This document shows, piece after piece, positions 15,123 through 20,919 of a stretch of DNA of 20,919 bases. Position 1 is the stretch's first letter, and each line of letters opens with the position of its first letter. The stretch lies in the NCBI GenBank assembly GCA_043797665.1, contig JAZDPL010000010.1:1-20919 (forward strand), given 5' to 3'. The notes below the pieces were generated by a model. That model was not told where the DNA came from and made no database searches. It worked only from the letters and a program-made list of their open reading frames with translations. A program made the position numbers and the translations under genes. The DNA comes from Candidatus Omnitrophota bacterium. Its GTDB lineage: Bacteria > Ratteibacteria > UBA8468 > MWAK01.

Positions 15123-17810
15123 TTACTTGTATTCCCTGAACCCATCGACCAATTGCCTGAATGAGGCAGGTTTGTATTTCTCAAAACTTTCCTGGTCTAC
15201 GTAAACGAAGTCATATTCCACGTCTGTCTGCACTCGGTTGATGTCTTCGCACCATTGCCGCAGCCGTTGCATCTTGAGCGGCACGTCCAGGTCTTCCTGC
15301 CCCTTGGTTTCGACGATGAAAATCCGCTTGTCGGATACTTTGACTAAAAAGTCTGGATAGTAGTTGGAAATGCCGCCGTCCGTATTTACATAATCTAACT
15401 TGAAGTGTACCGCCAGATAGTTCTTGGCGTAGGAAATCACATCGCTATCACTACAGTCTTCCAGAAAACGAGCAAACAACAATTCAAAATGACTGTCTCC
15501 AATGATGCGGTTAAAAACGCTCTTTTTGGGAATGAGATAGCCCTGATCTTTTGCCACGAAGGGACGCATTTGCCGTAGTTTGATGGTGTCCCGTATTTTG
15601 GCGTCTCCTTTGTCTTGCACGGTAAGGGCATTAATTGCTTTCTTAAAAGTTTCAATCAGGGTTTTGGTTGCCGCTAATTCCGACAGGTTGCGCAGGGTGT
15701 TGGGACTTTCCAATTCCACCGAGCGGTCAAATAACTGATCTTGCACAAAAGATTTGACCTTGCCATACAGCACATCATAGCCGCTGACCAGTCGCAAATC
15801 TTTCATTATAATCTGTGCGAAGTAACCGATCACACTGCGGTAGTCCGCAATACCCGCCGTGTCGAGGATGGTTGTGTGCGTCACCTCACCGGTGGTGATG
15901 TCCTTAAAGACAATCTCCCGCTGTTCCTCCTCGCTGAATTGCCGGTAGGCCACACATTGATGCCCCTGAGCGCCTACATCCAAACCACCCAGGTTTTTGT
16001 ATTCCCGATAGACGCGTGGTGTCAGCACCGGGATTTCAATATCCAGCGCTTCAATGTTTTTTTTGACGTTTTCCTTATCGATCTCTATCACCAGCGGGGT
16101 TTTTGCCTCGGTGCCTTCGCCCATGGGCTTACGTTCCAGCACCACACCTTCGGCCTGGATTGATTCTACGAAATCCATGAAGGCATTTGTACCGACCACA
16201 CTGACGTATTCCTCCATGCCGCCGGGGTACATTTTACGCAAGCCGCGTCCCAGAGTTTGCTCTGGCAGTATGTTGCTCTGGGCGGCATACGGGCGTAGAC
16301 CCACGATGGTTGTGACGTTGCGTACGTCCCAGCCCTCTTTGAGCACCATCACGGAGATTATGGCTTTGTAGGGGCTGTCCGTACTATCAATTTCATTGGC
16401 CTGCTTGCGTAGCAAATCTAATTCCTCTTTGGCTTTGCCTGAAGTCGATTCGTTAACCTCGCCGTTCTTCTTGGTGTGAATGACCAGCACCGCGCCCTTC
16501 AAGTCGGGGTAGTTGCCTTCTATGTAGGTTGCCACGTCGTCGCAGTTGCGGGTGTCGTCGGTCATCACAAACAAGATGGCCTTCTTGTCCAACTTTTCAT
16601 GTTCGGTATACGCCTTACGCCATTCAATCACACCCAGGTGAATATAGTCGGCGTATTTTTCAGTGTATTTGGCGCTCTGGCGCTCCACCAGTTTAGCGCG
16701 GCTGGGGGCATCGGGCAACACAGGGTGCTTGACCACATTCTGCTTAATCGCCTCCACCAATGGGTAATCAGCCACAGTCTGCACAAAAATCGCGCCGTTG
16801 TCGTGTTTGGGCGTGGCGGTCACGTCCACTTGCAGGGAGAGCGCAGCCCCTTTTTGCTTCAGGCGGTTATGGATGTCCTCAATCGATTTGAACCAGGCCA
16901 TCCTCGGGTCGTGGATGTGGTGCGCCTCATCATTTAATACCATCAGTTCGTCGATGTCGCGCACGATCATGCCCAGGTCTACTTTGGAGTCAGTGGTCGC
17001 GCCGGTGGGCCGTTTACCCAGGAAATAATTCATTGTATCTTCATCGTCGGGCGAAGCGGGAATGTTGTCGCCGGTATAGACGCGGTGGATGTTGGTCAAA
17101 AAAATGTTGCCGGTGGGACGGGTGATGCGTACCTCGTCCTGCACGTGCAGGGTCAGTTGAAAATCGTCGCGCCAATTGTGTCCGTCCATGCCATTGTCGG
17201 GCAAGACCGGGTCGTCTTTCAAAAAGATGCGCAGGCCCTGAAAATCCTTATAGATGCGGTCCAGCACGATAATGTTGGGGGTGATCACCAGAAAGTTGCG
17301 TGCCAGTTGCGACTCCGGCTCGTACAGTTTGTGGTAATAACTCCAGGTCAGAACCAGGCTCAGCACTTTGGTCTTGCCGGAACCGGTCGCCATCTTTACC
17401 ACGAAGCGCCGCCAGGTCTCGTCAAACATGCCGCTGGAGACCGCGCCGGAACTGTCAAAGCGCATCAGGTCATACTTGTCCTGCACGCCTACCACGTCGT
17501 ACAGATAGACGATGGTTTCCAGTGCCTCGCGTTGCGCAAAGTAATACTGGAACTCGGCCATCGCGCCGTCGGCCTGGGGAAGAAGGTGTGGAGTGTTAAA
17601 CCACCAGTTGAGCAGGCTGCGGCTGGTGTCCGTTGCCCCCGCATAGCCGCTGTTTCGCCATTCCTGCACCTTCTTGCGCAATTGCGGCACTAAGGGCGGC
17701 ATGAGCTTTTCAGAGCTGGACTCCCGCAGGGCTTCATCCGCCGGAAACCAGCGGATGGCCGGGTCGAGGATGACGTAGGGCGATTCAGGGAAGTCTTTGT
17801 GCAATGCCAT
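15123..17810 (-). CDS. res: Type III restriction enzyme Res subunit (SF2 ATPase plus PD-(D/E)xK nuclease)
   Basis: Walker A MATGSGKT, Walker B DEAHH, TATP, LKEGWD, QTLGRGLR, C-terminal YYPDF...IVETKG. Lies downstream of a beta-class methyltransferase. Confidence 0.92.
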   Translation of the reverse strand: MALHKDFPESPYVILDPAIRWFPADEALRESSSEKLMPPLVPQLRKKVQEWRNSGYAGATDTSRSLLNWWFNTPHLLPQADGAMAEFQYYFAQREALETIVYLYDVVGVQDKYDLMRFDSSGAVSSGMFDETWRRFVVKMATGSGKTKVLSLVLTWSYYHKLYEPESQLARNFLVITPNIIVLDRIYKDFQGLRIFLKDDPVLPDNGMDGHNWRDDFQLTLHVQDEVRITRPTGNIFLTNIHRVYTGDNIPASPDDEDTMNYFLGKRPTGATTDSKVDLGMIVRDIDELMVLNDEAHHIHDPRMAWFKSIEDIHNRLKQKGAALSLQVDVTATPKHDNGAIFVQTVADYPLVEAIKQNVVKHPVLPDAPSRAKLVERQSAKYTEKYADYIHLGVIEWRKAYTEHEKLDKKAILFVMTDDTRNCDDVATYIEGNYPDLKGAVLVIHTKKNGEVNESTSGKAKEELDLLRKQANEIDSTDSPYKAIISVMVLKEGWDVRNVTTIVGLRPYAAQSNILPEQTLGRGLRKMYPGGMEEYVSVVGTNAFMDFVESIQAEGVVLERKPMGEGTEAKTPLVIEIDKENVKKNIEALDIEIPVLTPRVYREYKNLGGLDVGAQGHQCVAYRQFSEEEQREIVFKDITTGEVTHTTILDTAGIADYRSVIGYFAQIIMKDLRLVSGYDVLYGKVKSFVQDQLFDRSVELESPNTLRNLSELAATKTLIETFKKAINALTVQDKGDAKIRDTIKLRQMRPFVAKDQGYLIPKKSVFNRIIGDSHFELLFARFLEDCSDSDVISYAKNYLAVHFKLDYVNTDGGISNYYPDFLVKVSDKRIFIVETKGQEDLDVPLKMQRLRQWCEDINRVQTDVEYDFVYVDQESFEKYKPASFRQLVDGFREYK

Positions 17811-17815
17811 ATCGG

Positions 17816-18676
17816 TTACTTGCGTTTCTTTCTTGCGGGCGTCTCAGCCTTGCCGAGTCGCTTGCGCTGTTTGGTCTCAATCTTCTTGATGTTTTCCGCC
17901 ACCGGCAATTTTTCGGGCATCGTGCCGCCTAATTCCCGGATGGTTTGCCGTACCTTTGCGCCGACTTCACGATGCGTCAGATTCGCGGCGTTTTTCCCCT
18001 TCACCTCATCCCGGCGCAGTTTTTCCTCTGCCTGGGTTGCCCGGAACAGGTTCGCCGCCAATTCCGTGCTGCCCATGTGATCCAAAATCTTCTGGCTCTT
18101 TTTCAGTTGTTTGCGCCGGTGGATGTCCTCCACCTTTAACCCGCCATAAAGCCCCATATATCCGTGATTCTGAAAAATGGCATAGTCTATGGGTTCAATG
18201 ACGCCAGCGCCCTTGGCCGCGTCGGCCAATTGAACGTTATGGTGGCGTATCTCTTCACGCAACAGAATCCGTCGATTTTCTTCAATATGTTCATCCGTCA
18301 ATTCCTGCCGCCGCGTCTGGATGGCGAAGTAGGTTTGTCCCTGCGCCACAATCTCCTTGTTGGGATCGGCGTTCTGAATAGCCAGGTAGCAGGCATAACG
18401 GGACAGAAGAATGGTTTTGACCGGCCGCTGTCCCCCTTTTCCTATCTCGATCATTTCGGTAACATCAACGAAATGATCCTCGAGGCGGTGTCCACTATTG
18501 AAACAGGCCATTTTGGCCTTTTCAATAACCCCCTCAAAATTGCGGTAATCGCCGTAACCGAGTACCTCGGAAAAGTCGCGGCTTGACCAAAATTCCATAC
18601 CCGCCTCGTTCGTGCGCCGAATCCGCTCGAAAGGCGAAGCGTGCCCGCCGGTTGTTTTCGCAATTTCCTTCGCCAT
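17816..18676 (-). CDS. dinD: DNA damage-inducible protein D family protein (Bro-N-like N-terminus plus DinD domain)
   Basis: FERIRR...EFWSSRDFSEVLGY, LSRYACYLAIQNADP, AQGQTYFAIQTRRQE, YAIFQNHGYMGLYGG, ILDHMGSTELAANLFRATQ, HREVGAKVRQTIRELGGTMPE. TAATG overlap with mod. Confidence 0.9.
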   Translation of the reverse strand: MAKEIAKTTGGHASPFERIRRTNEAGMEFWSSRDFSEVLGYGDYRNFEGVIEKAKMACFNSGHRLEDHFVDVTEMIEIGKGGQRPVKTILLSRYACYLAIQNADPNKEIVAQGQTYFAIQTRRQELTDEHIEENRRILLREEIRHHNVQLADAAKGAGVIEPIDYAIFQNHGYMGLYGGLKVEDIHRRKQLKKSQKILDHMGSTELAANLFRATQAEEKLRRDEVKGKNAANLTHREVGAKVRQTIRELGGTMPEKLPVAENIKKIETKQRKRLGKAETPARKKRK

Positions 18677-20919
18677 TATTTTTTCCCTCCCACGTTGATT
18701 TCGACGATGGACATGGTGTCAGTACCAAAGATGTCCACCACTTTCACCGCCAGCTTGCGCCGCCCCGGTGTGCATTCGTGGAAGACGCTCTTCAGTTCCA
18801 GCGAGCGGTCTTTTTTGGTACGGAAGGACTGCCACTCGTTTTCAAAGATGTAATCCCCCGTCCAGCGCTCTTCCCATTCGCCGCTTTCTTCGTTCTTCAC
18901 GCGGATAATCTCGCGCTTGCTCTCAAAGTTAAAATCCACCGCCCAGTAATCAATCCAATCAGTCCATTTTTTTGTGAGCCGTTCGCGGCTGACGATTCCT
19001 TTTGCGTCCTTACTCACCTTCACTATCTGCCCCTTTTCCACCACGATCTTGCTGGCTTTGTCCTTGAGCGTCGTTTCTGCGTTAGCAATCGAGTCCTGCA
19101 AATAGAACACTGAAAAGTCGGTCAGCTCCACCGCCACGCTGTTCTTCTTAACGTACGGCTTCACTTCGATATAGGAAACGTCATGGAAGACCACCTGATT
19201 CTTCTCCACCGCCCGCTTGTCAAACACCTCGGCGGGAATGTACTTCGGCGCGATGTCAATGCCCTTGGCCCGCGCCTCGTCCAGCACGTTGGGGAACAAC
19301 CCCATCTCGAACTCGAAGCCCAGAATGTCCACCTTGGTGATGTGCTTCTTCCGGCACTCCAGGATGACCTCCTCAACGAACAGCCGCGTCACCGGCAGGT
19401 TGACCGGTCCCACCGCCACCAGCCGCCCGGCCTTCTTGCCGTGGAAGGTGGCAAAGCCGTCGGTCTTTTCGGCGCGGTAGGCGCTCAGGATCAGGTCGGT
19501 AAAGGCGGCTTCCCTTTCTTCCAGTTGCTTTTGCTGTTCCGCTTCGCGCAGGTTCGGGTTGATACCGATGTAATGCTGGCGCTCATATTTGCCCAGGTTG
19601 AGGATTTCAAAAGCGCGGTAGTCCTTGCCTTCGGATTTCAGTTCTCTTTGCACGCCGATCAGGCGCTTACGGGTGGTGTGAATGGCGAACTTACCCAAGT
19701 CGCTGACGATCCACTTGCGCCCCAGCTTCTCCGCCACGGCGGCCGTGGTGCCGGAGCCGCAGAAGAAGTCGGCTACCAAGTCACCTTTGTTAGATGAAGC
19801 GTTGATGATGCGTTCCAGTAGGGCTTCGGGCTTTTGGGTGGGGTAATCCATCCGTTCTATTGCCTGAGAATTAAGTGGATAGATATCGGTCCAAATTGTC
19901 TGAACACGCTTACCCTTATCTGGATCCAAATACTGTATTAAGCGAGGTGTCCCTTCAGAGGTAAATACAATCTTATTATCAGACCACAACTTATCTATTG
20001 TAGCTTGCGAATACTTCCAAGCATTTCCATCTGGATAATATTGCTTGTCGTTAATTATTCGCACCTCTTTTGTGCCAGTTTTCGCACTCATGCTAATGAG
20101 CTGGTAGCGTCTGCCATGCTCATCAATCTTTGAATAATGAGATTCTAAATACTCTTCAGATTGATCCATGTAGGCATCGTTCCAAGAATAGCTTTCTGTT
20201 TTTGTATAAAAGAGGATGGTATCATGGACATTGCCAAAGCGGTTGGCGTCGCTATGTGTCCAGATGCGACGCCAAATGATTTCATTCCTAAAGCGGTCCG
20301 CTCCAAATATCTCTGTCAATATGCAACGCATAAAACTATTCACCCTCCAATCACAATGCACATAAATACTCCCATCATCCGCCAACAAATCGCGCATCAG
20401 CACCAGCCGCTCGTAAATCATGGCGATAAAGGAATCCGCGCCTTTGCCCCAGGTATCGCGGTAGGCAATCTCTTCCAGGATGTTGGGCTTCTTGGTGAAG
20501 GTGTCGCCGCCGATCTCAATATCCATGCTGAAGTCCGCGCCCACGTCAAACGGCGGGTCAATGTAAATCAGCTTGAGGCCGCCCTGTTTTTCAATCTCTT
20601 CGCGTAGGGGACCGTTCTTCAAGCTGGAGAGAATCAACTTGTTGTCGCCCCAGATGAGTTTGTTCGTCCAGCCCTTGAGCTGGCGGCCGCGGTCGTCAAA
20701 CAGCAATCCCTGCGGTGAAGTGTCTTCCGGCTTTTCGGCGCGGGGTTCGTCCACTTGCTCAATGACTTGAAAGGGCAAGACGATGTTGCCAACTTCGCTG
20801 GTCTTGCCGTTCCAGACCAGTTCCACCTCGCGCTTCTCCTCAAAGATCAGGAAGCGATATTTGTCCGGCAGCGGCTTGTCTGCTTCGATAAAGCGAATAA
20901 TTTCCTGCTGTTCCTGTTC
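18676..20919 (-). CDS. mod: Type III R-M methyltransferase Mod subunit (beta-class amino-MTase); 5' end outside the window
   Basis: Motif IV YIDPPF precedes motif I DFFCGSGTT; also YPTQKPEALLERII. The frame stays open upstream of the track's GTG at 20826 to the window edge (EQEQQEIIRFIEADKPLPDKYRFLIFEEKREVELVWNGK), so the true start is beyond 20919. Confidence 0.92.
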   Translation of the reverse strand, partial: EQEQQEIIRFIEADKPLPDKYRFLIFEEKREVELVWNGKTSEVGNIVLPFQVIEQVDEPRAEKPEDTSPQGLLFDDRGRQLKGWTNKLIWGDNKLILSSLKNGPLREEIEKQGGLKLIYIDPPFDVGADFSMDIEIGGDTFTKKPNILEEIAYRDTWGKGADSFIAMIYERLVLMRDLLADDGSIYVHCDWRVNSFMRCILTEIFGADRFRNEIIWRRIWTHSDANRFGNVHDTILFYTKTESYSWNDAYMDQSEEYLESHYSKIDEHGRRYQLISMSAKTGTKEVRIINDKQYYPDGNAWKYSQATIDKLWSDNKIVFTSEGTPRLIQYLDPDKGKRVQTIWTDIYPLNSQAIERMDYPTQKPEALLERIINASSNKGDLVADFFCGSGTTAAVAEKLGRKWIVSDLGKFAIHTTRKRLIGVQRELKSEGKDYRAFEILNLGKYERQHYIGINPNLREAEQQKQLEEREAAFTDLILSAYRAEKTDGFATFHGKKAGRLVAVGPVNLPVTRLFVEEVILECRKKHITKVDILGFEFEMGLFPNVLDEARAKGIDIAPKYIPAEVFDKRAVEKNQVVFHDVSYIEVKPYVKKNSVAVELTDFSVFYLQDSIANAETTLKDKASKIVVEKGQIVKVSKDAKGIVSRERLTKKWTDWIDYWAVDFNFESKREIIRVKNEESGEWEERWTGDYIFENEWQSFRTKKDRSLELKSVFHECTPGRRKLAVKVVDIFGTDTMSIVEINVGGKK

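Noticed and set aside
15741..20770. Long plus-strand ORFs (e.g. 16476-16937, 17085-17693, 18583-19113, 19183-19797, 20161-20607)
   Set aside because: Antisense shadows of the GC-rich res, dinD and mod genes, with no recognisable motifs.
20824..20826. GTG at 20826 as the mod start
   Set aside because: The frame remains open with plausible protein sequence to the window edge.
18676..20919. Phase-variable simple sequence repeat in mod (phasevarion)
   Set aside because: No repeat tract in the visible gene; GAACAGGAACAGCAG at the edge only encodes EQEQQ. The extreme 5' end cannot be assessed.

Overview
Bacterial DNA in which all 18 credible CDSs are on the minus strand and mostly abut or overlap. 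In transcription order (right to left): (1) a GC-richer Type III restriction-modification locus, mod (5' end just outside the window) - dinD - res; (2) a complete riboflavin operon ribD-ribE(synthase alpha)-ribBA-ribH, starting 14 nt after res with no room for a promoter or FMN riboswitch; (3) 1 nt after ribH, a cell-envelope glycosylation cluster: asnB-type amidotransferase, polysaccharide deacetylase, two GT2s, two GT-C (PMT/ArnT-like) membrane glycosyltransferases, two NDP-sugar epimerases, and an AT-rich FkbM-like/GT4/SAM-methyltransferase block. The few non-coding gaps hold two palindromic repeat families. A 50-bp GTAG...CTAC double-hairpin (REP/REPIN-like) element sits in every rib intergenic gap and is built from interchangeable, covarying hairpins. 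TGTCA-ended palindromes occur at 6360, 8741 and 9491. Repeats supply the stop codons of ribD and the deacetylase. No rRNA, tRNA, CRISPR array or transposase was seen. All calls come from reading motifs by eye; no database search was run, so novelty is unconfirmed.
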